Below are positions 40,351 to 50,628 of a stretch of DNA of 64,000 nt, piece by piece. Positions within the stretch are counted from its first letter, which is position 1. Each line of letters starts with the position of its first letter. Source of the stretch: an uncultured Nitrososphaerota archaeon (lineage in GTDB: Archaea; Thermoproteota; EX4484-205; JAAOZO01); the NCBI GenBank assembly GCA_964408285.1, contig CAYOYV010000006.1, positions 11,274 through 75,273 of the forward strand. Reading direction: 5' to 3'. A program made the translations under genes and the position numbers. The notes under the pieces were generated by a model, which saw only the letters and a program-made list of their open reading frames with translations, searched no databases and had not been told where the DNA came from.

Positions 40351-41507
40351 TCACTTGATGCGCCTCGCGGCGGGGGTTTTGATTAGGGCGATCATCGCAA
40401 CTGCAGAAACAAGGGAGGTAAAGAAGCTGTACGTGAAAGGAGCGGATGGGCCGATTGTGTCCCAAAGATACCCGACAACGATATTCGCGAACAAGTAGCC
40501 CACTCCAACGACCAGGTAATAGATTCCATATGCGGTCCCACGAAGGCTTTCATCCGTAAAGGTCGGTACTGTTGCCCTTTGCACGGTCTCGATTGTTCCA
40601 AAGTAGAGACCGAACAACGCGGCCACAACTAACACCTGTAGTATTCCATTCGACAGAAGAATCAATATCAAATCCCCGCAGCCTAGGATGAGATATCCAA
40701 GTGCCAGAACCTTCCCCCTCCCTATCCTATCAAATAATGCTCCTGCTGGTATCCCTATAATTGCATGGAATATGTTAATCAACATATAGACTCCAGGAAC
40801 ATATTGCTCAGGAATTCCTGCCTCGCCAGCTCTGATGAGGATAAAGGAAAAATTGAACGCCCCGATGGAGAAAAGGGCAACAATGGCCAGGAACTTCAGA
40901 AACTCGGGGGAAAGGGACCGTCGAATGTCTCCCAATGGAGTTTCTCCTGGTCTGACAGAAGCGGCCTCCTTCACGAAGAAAAGCAACACGAAAAGGGCAA
41001 GTGCCCCTGGTAAAAGCGAGAAGACGAATAGGCCTCTGAAGGAAAGAATCGGCAGCAGAAGGATAGCCAACAGTGGGCCCAGGATTGCGCCTGACTGGTC
41101 CAACGTCCTGTGAATGCCAAACACCTTTCCCAGAGACTCCTTGGGCACTGAGGCGCTGAGAAGTGAGTCTCGCGGGGCCGTTCTGGTGGCCTTGCCAACC
41201 CCGTCCATAAATCTAATGATCAAGACATTCGTCCAATCTGTTGCAGTTGCGAACAAAGGTTTTGTCAGAGTTGACAGCATATATCCCAACAACACCAAGG
41301 GTTGCGCTTTCCAGTGCGATCCGATATGAAACCGGATAGCATCCTAAGAAGGTAGCTGGAGGATTCTGCAATACCCTCAATGAGGCCTAGTTCGATCTTT
41401 GTTCCTCCAAGTTCCTGAACTACGAAGGATGGGAGCACGCTGAATATCATTTCGCTTGAAACATCGGTCAGGAAACTTGTGGCCCCGAGTGCGTATACAT
41501 TCCTCAT
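40351..41507 (-). pseudogene. MFS transporter with a single-base frameshift near 41300
   Basis: SFLTDVSSEM...SDRTGKR in one frame and PLVLLGY...RTAPRD in the other; one base is missing from the expected Lys codon. Confidence 0.75.
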
Positions 41508-41700
41508 GTCGTTCTCCTGCTGTTGCTTAGCCTGCATCGGGATATCGCCTCTTCACTTCTGGCACGAAATAAAACTGTTCAGATCCTGACATGCGGAATG
41601 ACGTTTTTCAACAAGGAGTAGGCTAAGTTTCAAGGGAAGTACTCAACGGAGGAATGGTAGTCAATCTTTTGATATTCAGATGTCCATGGGACATTCTTAA

Positions 41701-42517
41701 AATGACCTCCAGCGTGCTTTTTGCGCTGATGGCGGAGCAAGGCAAGGACATAGAGCCCCTCGTCCAAGCCCTATCACACGACAAGAGGAGGCTGATAATC
41801 GCTCTCCTAGCAGAGGAAGGGCCGAAGGGGGTAACCGAATTGAAGTCAAGGCTCAGCCTAAGCACCGGAAGTCTATATCACAACTTGGAGTTCTTAGAGG
41901 GGTTCATTGACAGAGAAGGCAAGAAGTACAAGCTCAACGAGAGAGGAATGGAGCTCTACAGGATGATGAGAGAGGGAACGCTGAATCCTCCTTTCGCGGG
42001 GATTAGTGTAGTCAGGACCCTGATGCCGGTAGACTACATGGAAACCCTTCTGGACAATCCGAGGATTGCCATACCCTTGGCCTGCCTCATGTCACTAGTG
42101 ATCTTCGCATCAGCACTTTTGAGGGGATATGGGTTGGTCTTGCTTGTTCTTGCTGGCCCTTGGCCTGAAAGAATGTTCTCTGCGATGAGCGTGGCCCTTA
42201 GCCTAGCCATCATAATCTCTAGCACTACTATGATCTTCAGGTCTGTGAATATTAAGGACCTACTTATTCTGACTCTGATAAGCCTGATGCCACAAGCGCT
42301 TTATTCGATCGTAGCAGACTACATATATACGTTCGGAACGCCAGTTTCTGATGCGATCTATCTACTCGTAGCTGGGTTAGGGATCCTCACGACTGCCAGT
42401 GCAGTAAGGGTGGTCTCCAGGACTAGGACTGAATATGCCCTCTTGTTCTCATTTGTACTAGTCTACCTAGGAGCCGTATTGGCTCCCGTGATCTCAACGT
42501 TCCTGGCCGGAGGTTGA
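41701..42517 (+). CDS. ArsR-like winged helix protein with C-terminal transmembrane domain
   Basis: ALSHDKRRLII...STGSLYHNL followed by about 5 TM segments; start uncertain. Confidence 0.7.
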
Positions 42518-43306
42518 TTTCTTCATGAAGGTCCGAAGGTCTTCGCCTATCACGAGTCCATCCATGGGTTTGATGTCGTAGATGTAAGGTGCCAAATCAA
42601 CCCTCGTCCACCTCATTTTCCTGACCATTATCGTCCTGATGTTCGTGTGCCTCATCCTCTCTATGGATAGGCGCACTATGCCAGCAGCCAAGAATTCCTC
42701 CACTCCGAATCTGCTGAGTGCATTTGAGCCGGTCGGTATTTCTGAAGTTATTACGGTTGTGGTGCCAATGAATTTCTCAATGGCTGCGACAAAGGCCCTT
42801 ATGTAGTCTCTTGTCCATGACAGGTCTATAACCTCTCCGAGGAGAGGAGCCACAGGGTCCACAACCATTCTCTTGGCGCCTATTCTGTCTGCCCTTCGTT
42901 TAAGCTCGCCTATGATCTGCTTCATGGTCTCTGCCATGAACTTCTCCCTTACTACCTCGGCAAAGAAGGGCCTTACGTCGACTATGTCCAGCATTCCTTT
43001 CTTTATCGGGTCAAGAAGATCCCAGCCCATGGTCAGAGCGCCTTCGATTGTTCCGTCTATGGTTTCATCGAATGGTATATATATGCCAGGTTCTTGATTC
43101 TCGAAACCCGTCAGGAGAAATTTCAGCGAGAAGAGAGTCTTGCCGGTTCCTGTTTCTCCGGCGACGAGGTAGGTTTTGCCTCGCATGAAGCCTCCGTTGA
43201 CAAGCCTGTCAAAGTTGACAACTCCGGTGGGGATCCTGAGGGCCTCGTGCTGGATCTGCATGTCGTTGACAGATGGGATCTCCTTTTTACTGCTTTGACC
43301 TATCAA
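42494..43306 (-). CDS. KaiC/RAD55-like RecA-superfamily ATPase
   Basis: IPTG...GETGTGKT and RKMR motifs. Confidence 0.9.
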   Translation of the reverse strand: MIGQSSKKEIPSVNDMQIQHEALRIPTGVVNFDRLVNGGFMRGKTYLVAGETGTGKTLFSLKFLLTGFENQEPGIYIPFDETIDGTIEGALTMGWDLLDPIKKGMLDIVDVRPFFAEVVREKFMAETMKQIIGELKRRADRIGAKRMVVDPVAPLLGEVIDLSWTRDYIRAFVAAIEKFIGTTTVITSEIPTGSNALSRFGVEEFLAAGIVRLSIERMRHTNIRTIMVRKMRWTRVDLAPYIYDIKPMDGLVIGEDLRTFMKKSTSGQER

Positions 43307-43718
43307 CGAATATCACCTCAAACCAAATCGCCTTGCCGTCCTCCGCTATCCTATGTTGCCCAAGAGGTCGCATATTCTTGAAATGCTTGGCAGCCCTTTG
43401 CGTTGCAATGTGTGCCCTATCTAAGCTCGGAGTGTACAACACACTTCCGGCGTGTCTTGGCCTCCTCCCTGATCTGGGCCTCGGCTTCCTTCTTCCACCC
43501 CTTGGAACCCTGCTGACGACAACCGCATATCCTGGAACGGATCTGTATCCGAACGATTTGGCCCTCTGAAGATCGACAGGCCTTTCCAACCTGAAGACGG
43601 CTGGTTTCTGCTTCAGGGATGGCAGCATTCCGGATCTGGCGTTGCTCTTGGCTTCGATTAGTTCAACCTTGGATTGTTCGGATAGTTTCAGGTTCATGGT
43701 TGTCGCGTCCGTTGTCAT
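43287..43718 (-). CDS. rpl15e: 50S ribosomal protein eL15 (C-terminally short)
   Basis: RLERP...RAKSFGY, RGGRRKPRP.SGRRP and EDG...WFEVIFVD motifs. Confidence 0.85.
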   Translation of the reverse strand: MTTDATTMNLKLSEQSKVELIEAKSNARSGMLPSLKQKPAVFRLERPVDLQRAKSFGYRSVPGYAVVVSRVPRGGRRKPRPRSGRRPRHAGSVLYTPSLDRAHIATQRAAKHFKNMRPLGQHRIAEDGKAIWFEVIFVDRSKQ

Positions 43719-43792
43719 GACTAGGCTAATTAAAGGTTGTCTGATTTGCGTGCGAAGAAGTTTAAAAAAACAAGCTGCGAAAGATAGGCCGG

Positions 43793-44989
43793 ATGAGGAT
43801 AATCGGGGTAACGGGAAAACCGAACGTTGGGAAGAGCACCTTTTTCAGCGCAAGCACATTGATACCTGTCAAGATAGCAAACTACCCGTTCACCACGATT
43901 GAGCCCAATGTGGGGGTAGGCTATGTTCGGCTCAAGGAGGCGGCTCTGGATTTCAATATCATTCCCCAGCCGAACAATTCATACTCCAGGGGCGGATTCA
44001 GGTTTGCCCCTATCCAGCTCGTGGATCTTCCCGGTCTCGTTCCGGGAGCACATGCTGGCAGAGGCCTAGGAAACCAGTTTCTGACCGCTGTGAGCAATGC
44101 CGATGCGCTCATCCACGTTATTGATGCATCTGGTGGAACGGATTCTGAGGGAAGAACGATTAAGCCGGGGACTCATGACGTGATATCCGATGTCAAGTTC
44201 CTCGAGGAGGAGTACGAGATCTGGTTGCTTGATGTGATGAAGCGGAATTGGGAGAGGATCTCGAGGAAAGTCGATTCATCGAACATACCCCTATCTGAGG
44301 GCATCTCCATGACGATGACGAACTTGGCCGGCACAAGGGGAGAAGTTGAAACGGCATTGACCCAATCGGACGTGCCTCAAGAACCAGCTGACTGGAAGGA
44401 TGATGACTTCAACAGGTTTTCCAAAGTCCTTAGGCAGAAGACAATGCCGATATTGCTTGTCGCGAACAAGGCAGATGTTCCCGAGGCAGAGGAAAACATC
44501 AGGATCTTGAAGGAAGCCGGCCACAAAGTGATCCCTACCTCTGCTGAGGCCGAACTTGCGCTCAGAAGGGCGGACAAATCAGGACTCATCGAATACATAC
44601 CCGGTTCAGAGGATTTTAGTATCAAGAAGGAGGACCTGCTCAAACAGGAGCAGAGAAAGGGCCTCGAGTTGCTCAAGGAAAAAGTCCTCCGAAAATGGGG
44701 ATCGACAGGGCTCCAACGAGCTCTTGACGAAGCGACGTTCTCTCTCCTTCAGATGGTCGCAGTGTTCCCAGTTCAGGATCCAAGGAAGCTTACTGATGGC
44801 AAGGGGAGGGTCTTGCCCGACGTATATCTCCTTGACCCGGATTCAACGGCTAAGGATCTGGCCAATGCAATTCACTCGGAAATCGGTGAGAAATTTCTTT
44901 ACGCAATCGATGTCAGGACCCTCAGAAGATTGTCCGATGACTACAAGCTCAAGCCGGGTGAGGTAATCAGCATCGTGTCGGCGGCCTGA
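43793..44989 (+). CDS. ychF: YchF/Obg family GTPase with TGS domain
   Basis: GKPNVGKST, NYPFTT, DLPGL, NKAD and a C-terminal TGS domain. Confidence 0.92.
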   Translation: MRIIGVTGKPNVGKSTFFSASTLIPVKIANYPFTTIEPNVGVGYVRLKEAALDFNIIPQPNNSYSRGGFRFAPIQLVDLPGLVPGAHAGRGLGNQFLTAVSNADALIHVIDASGGTDSEGRTIKPGTHDVISDVKFLEEEYEIWLLDVMKRNWERISRKVDSSNIPLSEGISMTMTNLAGTRGEVETALTQSDVPQEPADWKDDDFNRFSKVLRQKTMPILLVANKADVPEAEENIRILKEAGHKVIPTSAEAELALRRADKSGLIEYIPGSEDFSIKKEDLLKQEQRKGLELLKEKVLRKWGSTGLQRALDEATFSLLQMVAVFPVQDPRKLTDGKGRVLPDVYLLDPDSTAKDLANAIHSEIGEKFLYAIDVRTLRRLSDDYKLKPGEVISIVSAA

Positions 44990-45026
44990 AATGTCCAGGG
45001 TCGATCTTCTTGTTGCCCTCTGGTTT

Positions 45027-45635
45027 CTAAGCTGCTTGCTTTGCTAGTTCCTTCGGCCCTTCGCTTGGAGGAGAAACAAGCTTGACTTTGGTGACACCGG
45101 CGTATTTCACTCTCATGTGTTTCTTTGCGAAATTGAAGATATCTGACTCGGTCTTGCCCGATACCATCTCCTGGACTAGCTGTGACAACTTATACGATGA
45201 GCACTTCTCCCTCATCAACTTCGCCAGCTGATTGGAGAGAAATGTCTTCTTATTGGTCGAGACCTTGTTCCTTGCTATCATCGTGACGCGCATCCGGAAT
45301 GCATGCCCATCCTTCGTGACAACATCCACTATCGGCTCTATTTTTGACGATCCCTTCCTCAAGACGCTCCTAATGTAATCCCTAGAGACCTCGTGTCCAA
45401 TGTATTCCGTGTTGGCCTTTCCCCCGGATACTTCGGAGATCCTCAAGTTGATCTTAGTGTACGCATGCGCCGGATCCTCAGTGAGATCTGACTGAAGAAC
45501 ATCGATTCTCCTTATCGATGGATCCTCATCCGAATAGATCACCATATTCCCCACTGCCTTTGCCCCAAGGTATTCAGGGGATACAACCTGCAGCCAGATT
45601 TCAGCCCTTTCTTGTTTCTTCTTGGCAGACGACAA
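45027..45635 (-). CDS. rps3ae: 30S ribosomal protein eS1 (S3Ae)
   Basis: GHEVSRDYIRS...SKIE...TKDG; cluster position. Confidence 0.9.
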   Translation of the reverse strand: MSSAKKKQERAEIWLQVVSPEYLGAKAVGNMVIYSDEDPSIRRIDVLQSDLTEDPAHAYTKINLRISEVSGGKANTEYIGHEVSRDYIRSVLRKGSSKIEPIVDVVTKDGHAFRMRVTMIARNKVSTNKKTFLSNQLAKLMREKCSSYKLSQLVQEMVSGKTESDIFNFAKKHMRVKYAGVTKVKLVSPPSEGPKELAKQAA

Positions 45636-45727
45636 CTTGCACCGGGGGTCATTTTGTCAAAGGTATTTAAGCAATTCTCGTGTTTCTGCCTCGACAATCT
45701 TGGCTATATCCTAGTCTTCGAGATTAC

Positions 45728-45988
45728 TCAATGGGCATCGATCACTTGCAGGACGAGATCGACTGCTCTCAGGAGGTCATCGATTGTCTCTGCCATGGAT
45801 TTTGGGCCTCTCTTGCAGAGCAAATGCGTCACAACAGAATTGCCCCTCTGAACCGTTCTAATCCTGAGGCCCTCAAGCTTGAACTTCTCGTCGGGCCGAA
45901 GCGCAAAGCACACTGCCCTTGCCTTGAGTTCATTCTCAAGTTGAATCTCGATCTTCGCTCTGATTAGGGGTGATTCCTTCTGAGGCAA
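45728..45988 (-). CDS. pcc1: KEOPS complex subunit Pcc1
   Basis: ALRPD motif; conserved position between the DHH gene and S3Ae. Confidence 0.7.
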   Translation of the reverse strand: MPQKESPLIRAKIEIQLENELKARAVCFALRPDEKFKLEGLRIRTVQRGNSVVTHLLCKRGPKSMAETIDDLLRAVDLVLQVIDAH

Positions 45989-47405
45989 GTTTGCCCACCC
46001 TCTCCAAGAATCTCTCTACTCTCCTTCGAGGAATAGTTGCGCCCGCTGCCACGTTGTGTCCCCCTCCTTGTCCCCCTACTGCCTTTGCAGCCAATTCCAT
46101 TATTTTGCCTGCGTTCACGCCGGATGTTGCCAGCTCATACGATGCTCTGCTCGAGACCTTGACATTGACATCATCCTCGAGCGCAACAGCTACAAAAAGC
46201 TTGTTCGGCCTGAAAAGTGTTCCAGTGGAAAGAATAGTGGCAACCGGACTCAATATGTTGGGATCGATCAGGTCTTCTCCTCTTACGATGACCAGTTTTT
46301 CAGTTTCGGTTATGGCTCCCGGAACGGTAAGAACGGACCTGATTGACGTCTGGATGGATGAAGTATATTCCTGTGACACCTGGATTGACTGCTCCAACAG
46401 CTCTCCTCGATAACCCATCGCCAAGCTCATGCCAAGATCGAATCTATTCGAACGTCCCAAGGAGTTTAGGAGGAAAGAGAACTCCCTAGCATCCCTAGTC
46501 GGAGACCATTTGTCCTCCCTTATGAAAGTGTAAGCCTTTCCAACGAATGGTAAGTCAGATGGCAATTGCATCCCCCTGTCGACGAGTATCTGCAGAAGCC
46601 CAGCCGTGAGCCTTTGCTTTTCCTCTTTTTTCAGGTCGGAAATCGTCCTGCTCATGTCATGTTCCTTCATATCTATCTGGAGGGAATCAAGCAACTTGAA
46701 CGCTCCCGCCTCATCACCGGTGACTCCGGGTATCTGAAAGGAGAAGGTGCCTGCGAGTGCCCGCATAAGAGGTCTGGTTTCTCTTCCGAAGAATATCAGA
46801 TCCTCCTCGACCTTGACAATTCCCCTTTCCTCGCCTTCGTTGACGACAAGTGCATTCAGCCCCCTCAACTCCCTCATTTCATTCTTGTCCTGAAGATCGG
46901 CTAGAGCTCCCACTATGCCGAGAACTGGCAGTTGCTCCGGTTCCCTGTTAATGCTGGAGGCGACGAAGAAAGCAGTTCCGGAGGCTGACAAATCCTTGCC
47001 TCCATCAAATCCGTAAAGGCATGGATTCAACTGGAGGACTCCTTCTCCAGATCCCTGTGGTTGATGGTGATCCAATACAACTGTCCGTCCAGATAACTTA
47101 CCTCCAATGGAATCAAGGGAGCCAGACCCTATGTCAATGAAAACCGACGGTAGTCCCCCTTTCGCCATTGATTCGATCACCTCTTCTGTTAGGGAATCCA
47201 CGAACTTCACCTTGAACGAGATGTTTTTCGCGGACAGTGAGAGGCTCAAGGTCGCCGCCGCGGCAACTCCATCCGCATCCCAATGCGACACAAGTGAAAG
47301 GTCAGTTCCCTGACTGCAATCGATTATCTTGTCCGCTGCTTCCTCGGCTCTCTCTAGAAAGCCATCCATATCTCCATGATCCGGAGTGATATCGCTACGC
47401 TTCAT
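45936..47405 (-). CDS. DHH family RecJ/Cdc45-like nuclease
   Basis: HWDADG, DIGSG, LDHH and GGGHNVAAG motifs. Confidence 0.9.
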   Translation of the reverse strand: MKRSDITPDHGDMDGFLERAEEAADKIIDCSQGTDLSLVSHWDADGVAAAATLSLSLSAKNISFKVKFVDSLTEEVIESMAKGGLPSVFIDIGSGSLDSIGGKLSGRTVVLDHHQPQGSGEGVLQLNPCLYGFDGGKDLSASGTAFFVASSINREPEQLPVLGIVGALADLQDKNEMRELRGLNALVVNEGEERGIVKVEEDLIFFGRETRPLMRALAGTFSFQIPGVTGDEAGAFKLLDSLQIDMKEHDMSRTISDLKKEEKQRLTAGLLQILVDRGMQLPSDLPFVGKAYTFIREDKWSPTRDAREFSFLLNSLGRSNRFDLGMSLAMGYRGELLEQSIQVSQEYTSSIQTSIRSVLTVPGAITETEKLVIVRGEDLIDPNILSPVATILSTGTLFRPNKLFVAVALEDDVNVKVSSRASYELATSGVNAGKIMELAAKAVGGQGGGHNVAAGATIPRRRVERFLERVGKLASEGITPNQSEDRDST

Positions 47406-47826
47406 ATTTCCAATCAGGCGGCAAAATCCCCTTCTCCTTGTAATATTTTGCCAGGCGTCTCACCTTCGAACTCACCAATTGGATGGTGTGAACGTTCAGG
47501 TGATCGGAAGGATATCTCTCGGAGTGCCTCTTCATCCTGTCGACCTTCTTCATCAATTGCGTCAGGTCTTCTGCCTCCATCGCTTGTTCCTTTGCCTCCT
47601 TCAAGATGGCAGTGATTGACTTACCAGTGACTAATTTCACAGAGGGTATTCCATATCTGTCTCTAAGCTCAAGTCCTATCTGGCTCTTTGTCCTGCCTTC
47701 CCTTGCCAAGGATAAGGTCAGTCTTTCAACCTCAGCGGCGGGAAGCTGTACCCATTCCGGCTTCACTTTGGACATGGGCTTGCTTGAGCCGCTTCTTCCA
47801 CGCCTGTGGCTATATAGACGCGCCAT
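47395..47826 (-). CDS. rps15: 30S ribosomal protein uS15
   Basis: MARLYSHRRGRSGS, LRDRYGIP and RRLAKYY motifs. Confidence 0.95.
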   Translation of the reverse strand: MARLYSHRRGRSGSSKPMSKVKPEWVQLPAAEVERLTLSLAREGRTKSQIGLELRDRYGIPSVKLVTGKSITAILKEAKEQAMEAEDLTQLMKKVDRMKRHSERYPSDHLNVHTIQLVSSKVRRLAKYYKEKGILPPDWKYEA

Positions 47827-47864
47827 GGGGATTGGCGAAGGATTGACCACCGGTTTAAAAAGCT

Positions 47865-48467
47865 TCATTCAACTATGCGGCGGTTTTTCAACACAAATGA
47901 GCACAATGCCCTGACCGCCCTGGATCTGTGGGAGAGTCGATTCTTCTCCATGATGCTCAACTGAGCAAAAGTCCTAGAAATGCCTGAAGGGACGAATACC
48001 GGGTCAAAACCAAATCCTCCTTCTCCCTTTGCAAGCTTCGAGATGCTGCCCTCGACCTCTCCGATGAAGAGCTTAGGTCCGGAAAGAGTCGAACTAGAGC
48101 AGAGGGCCACACAGGACTTGAACATGGCCCTTCTGTCGCTGATGCCGCTCATCAGCTTGAGAAGCCCGGGAACTCCGATGGAAGAATACACGTATGATGA
48201 GTAGACTCCTGGAAATCCGTGAAGCGAATCGATGAAAAGGCCCGCATCCTCTACGAAAAGAGGCTGTTTGATGATCTGAAACGCGAGCAAAGCTGTCGTC
48301 CTGGCCACGTATTCAATCGAATCCGACTGGGGTTCATCCAGTTCAAGATCCTCAAAAGACAGTCTAAGACCGAACTCCTTGGCTATTCTCGTGGCTTCTC
48401 TGAACTTGGCCTTGTTACCGGTTACAAAGTGAATGATCGGCAGTTCATGTACCCTATGTCTGTTCAT
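47865..48467 (-). CDS. rdgB: XTP/dITP diphosphatase (HAM1/RdgB)
   Basis: TGNKAK, EDAGL, GFGFDPVF and SHR motifs. Confidence 0.93.
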   Translation of the reverse strand: MNRHRVHELPIIHFVTGNKAKFREATRIAKEFGLRLSFEDLELDEPQSDSIEYVARTTALLAFQIIKQPLFVEDAGLFIDSLHGFPGVYSSYVYSSIGVPGLLKLMSGISDRRAMFKSCVALCSSSTLSGPKLFIGEVEGSISKLAKGEGGFGFDPVFVPSGISRTFAQLSIMEKNRLSHRSRAVRALCSFVLKNRRIVE

Positions 48468-49116
48468 GAGTGCCCCTCCTCCTGTATCTCCCCCTAGACC
48501 CTATCTCTTCAAGTCTCTGCAAGATGGACCTTGACTGATCGCCGCCCCGCTTAACATAGCCATCCACAAATCTCTGCCAATAGCTTTTCCCCGATTTCCC
48601 AAACATCGAATCGAGCGCCAATTTCATGACATTCAAGTCCTCAGCCAACTTCTCCGTTTCAGCCGTTATCTCTCCGAGTCCGAAGTCCAGGAATATCATG
48701 CTTTCCCCCCGGACCAAGATGTTGGATGGGGTGAGATCTCCATGTGATATTCTTGCTCTATGTAGTCTGTTCACCATGCTCCCTGCCTTCTCCGCAATAG
48801 ATTCGCGTTCTGTCGACAAGGCCTCCTTCAATGGGATGCCCTCTACATAGGACATGATTATCACTCCCGTAACAGGATTAACATGATAGATGACCGGTGT
48901 CGGAATCCCGGCCAGTTTGGCCTCATGCATTAGATTCGCCTCCTTGGCAGTTCTTGATCCAATTATCCTCTGGTTCAATTGCTCCAATCTATAGCCCTTT
49001 GACCTTCTAATCTTGGAGACGACTAGGAGATCCATCCATGTGCCGAGCCAGATCTCGGCCTCTGCCCCCAGATATAGTGAGCGGTTAGGCTCAAAACCTT
49101 CTGGGAATCTTGACAT
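48454..49116 (-). CDS. bud32: KEOPS kinase Bud32
   Basis: GAEA, HGDLTPSN and DFGL motifs. Confidence 0.92.
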   Translation of the reverse strand: MSRFPEGFEPNRSLYLGAEAEIWLGTWMDLLVVSKIRRSKGYRLEQLNQRIIGSRTAKEANLMHEAKLAGIPTPVIYHVNPVTGVIIMSYVEGIPLKEALSTERESIAEKAGSMVNRLHRARISHGDLTPSNILVRGESMIFLDFGLGEITAETEKLAEDLNVMKLALDSMFGKSGKSYWQRFVDGYVKRGGDQSRSILQRLEEIGSRGRYRRRGTHEQT

Positions 49117-50071
49117 CGTCAATCCTCCATTTGTGCAAAACGTTGGACGATCCAACTGGAAGGATCTGGTTAGAAAGGAATTGTTCCAGTCCGGCCCATG
49201 CGATCATCACACCGTTGTCCTGATAAAATCTCTCATCGTAGTCCAAGAACTTCGCTCCCCTCTCCTCACACATTATCCTGCACATCTCCCTCAGCCTCTT
49301 GTTCGCACCTACGCCTCCAGTAAGTGTGAGTTCCTCCTTTCCCAAGAACGCCATCGCCCTTTCGGACGCTTCCAGCAACATCGAGAAGCAGATCTCTTGT
49401 ATTGAAAGCGCCAAGTCCTCAAGCGGTTCTTTTTCAAGAAGGGACTCTGCCATCGTGAGTAGACCTGAGAACGAAACATTCATTCCTTTGACAATGTAGG
49501 GCAGATCGATCAGCCTCCTTCCTTTTGTCGCAAGCTCCTCCAGCTTTGGCCCCCCCGGGAATGCCAAGCCGACGTTCCTCGCAAAGGCGTCTAGGAGATT
49601 GCCCAAGGATATGTCCTCGGTCTCTCCAAATACAACATATCTCCCGTCGACCTCGGAGATCACTTGGGTGTTGCCGCCCGAGAGGTACAGGAAGACGGGG
49701 TCCTTCGCTCCCCCGAGCTTCATGGCTATTTCGAGGTGTGCTAGACAGTGATTAACCCCGACAAGTGGTTTCGAATGAGAGATTGCGATCGCCCTTGCCA
49801 TTGTGGCACCCACTCTGAGGCATGGTCCCAAGCCAGGACCTTGGGAAAACGCAACCGCATCTATTTGGTCTAGAGATAGCCCCGATTCTCTCAGTGCCTC
49901 ATTGATGACGTGAGGACCCACCGAATAGTGGTGTCTTGATGTTTCTCGAGGGTGAATCCCGCCCTTTTCTGGCTTGATGGTACTTCTTGAGTCCGCCAGT
50001 ATCTTTGCATTTGAGTCTACAATGCCGATTCCGAACGTGTGAGCCGTTGACTCTATTCCGAGGGATATCAA
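49091..50071 (-). CDS. kae1: tRNA N6-adenosine threonylcarbamoyltransferase Kae1
   Basis: LGIESTAHT, HCLAHLE, SGGNT and DNG motifs. Confidence 0.96.
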   Translation of the reverse strand: MISLGIESTAHTFGIGIVDSNAKILADSRSTIKPEKGGIHPRETSRHHYSVGPHVINEALRESGLSLDQIDAVAFSQGPGLGPCLRVGATMARAIAISHSKPLVGVNHCLAHLEIAMKLGGAKDPVFLYLSGGNTQVISEVDGRYVVFGETEDISLGNLLDAFARNVGLAFPGGPKLEELATKGRRLIDLPYIVKGMNVSFSGLLTMAESLLEKEPLEDLALSIQEICFSMLLEASERAMAFLGKEELTLTGGVGANKRLREMCRIMCEERGAKFLDYDERFYQDNGVMIAWAGLEQFLSNQILPVGSSNVLHKWRIDDVKIPRRF

Positions 50072-50072
50072 C

Positions 50073-50246
50073 TCAGGCGAACTCGGTATAGTGACAGCGC
50101 CCGCAGTAATATCTCTGTTTGCCTTCTCCGTAGAAGCCCATGAACGAGCCGCATCTGGGGCATCTCTTCCTCTTTGGCTTGAGCTGCTTTTTCCCCTGAT
50201 CTACATCGTAATATCCCCAGACTCCCTTCTTCTCTTTCTCGCTCAT
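50073..50246 (-). CDS. rps27ae: 30S ribosomal protein eS31 (S27ae; not in ORF track)
   Basis: Read manually: MSEKEKKGVWGYYDVDQGKKQLKPKRKRCPRCGSFMGFYGEGKQRYYCGRCHYTEFA. Confidence 0.93.
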   Translation of the reverse strand: MSEKEKKGVWGYYDVDQGKKQLKPKRKRCPRCGSFMGFYGEGKQRYYCGRCHYTEFA

Positions 50247-50602
50247 TTCTTGACACCAGCCTTCGCTGCCTTAGCTTCGACTTTCTTCTTCTTCATTTCT
50301 TCTATTGCCGCCTTCCTTGCCTGAGGTTCCATGTTCGCCAAGATCACATGTTTGGGCTCGGATTTCCTCATCTCTTCCTCTGTCCCATAGATATGTGCCT
50401 CCCCTTCACTTGAATCGATCCCACTCTTTCCATGGATTCTCACCACCGCAACTCCATCGGGCTTGAAACCTCCGGCCGCAGCCAAGGCACTTCTAGTTTC
50501 CCAAATCGAAGGGGTAGGTTGCGAAGTCCGCCCGATCCTGAATCTGACCTTCTTCCTCCCCAGCAGCTTCATATCCGAAATGTCCAATATCCTAATCTCC
50601 AT
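50243..50602 (-). CDS. rps24e: 30S ribosomal protein eS24
   Basis: LLGRK, TPS and G.AHIY...EPKH motifs; cluster position. Confidence 0.85.
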   Translation of the reverse strand: MEIRILDISDMKLLGRKKVRFRIGRTSQPTPSIWETRSALAAAGGFKPDGVAVVRIHGKSGIDSSEGEAHIYGTEEEMRKSEPKHVILANMEPQARKAAIEEMKKKKVEAKAAKAGVKK

Positions 50603-50628
50603 GGCGCCCAGCCTCTTTCCACGGGAAA

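Noticed and set aside
39608-40465. 285-aa minus-strand ORF
   Set aside because: Antisense shadow of the GT4 gene with no recognisable motifs.
50068-50256. 62-aa ORF in the supplied track
   Set aside because: Wrong frame; the real gene is S27ae at 50073-50246.
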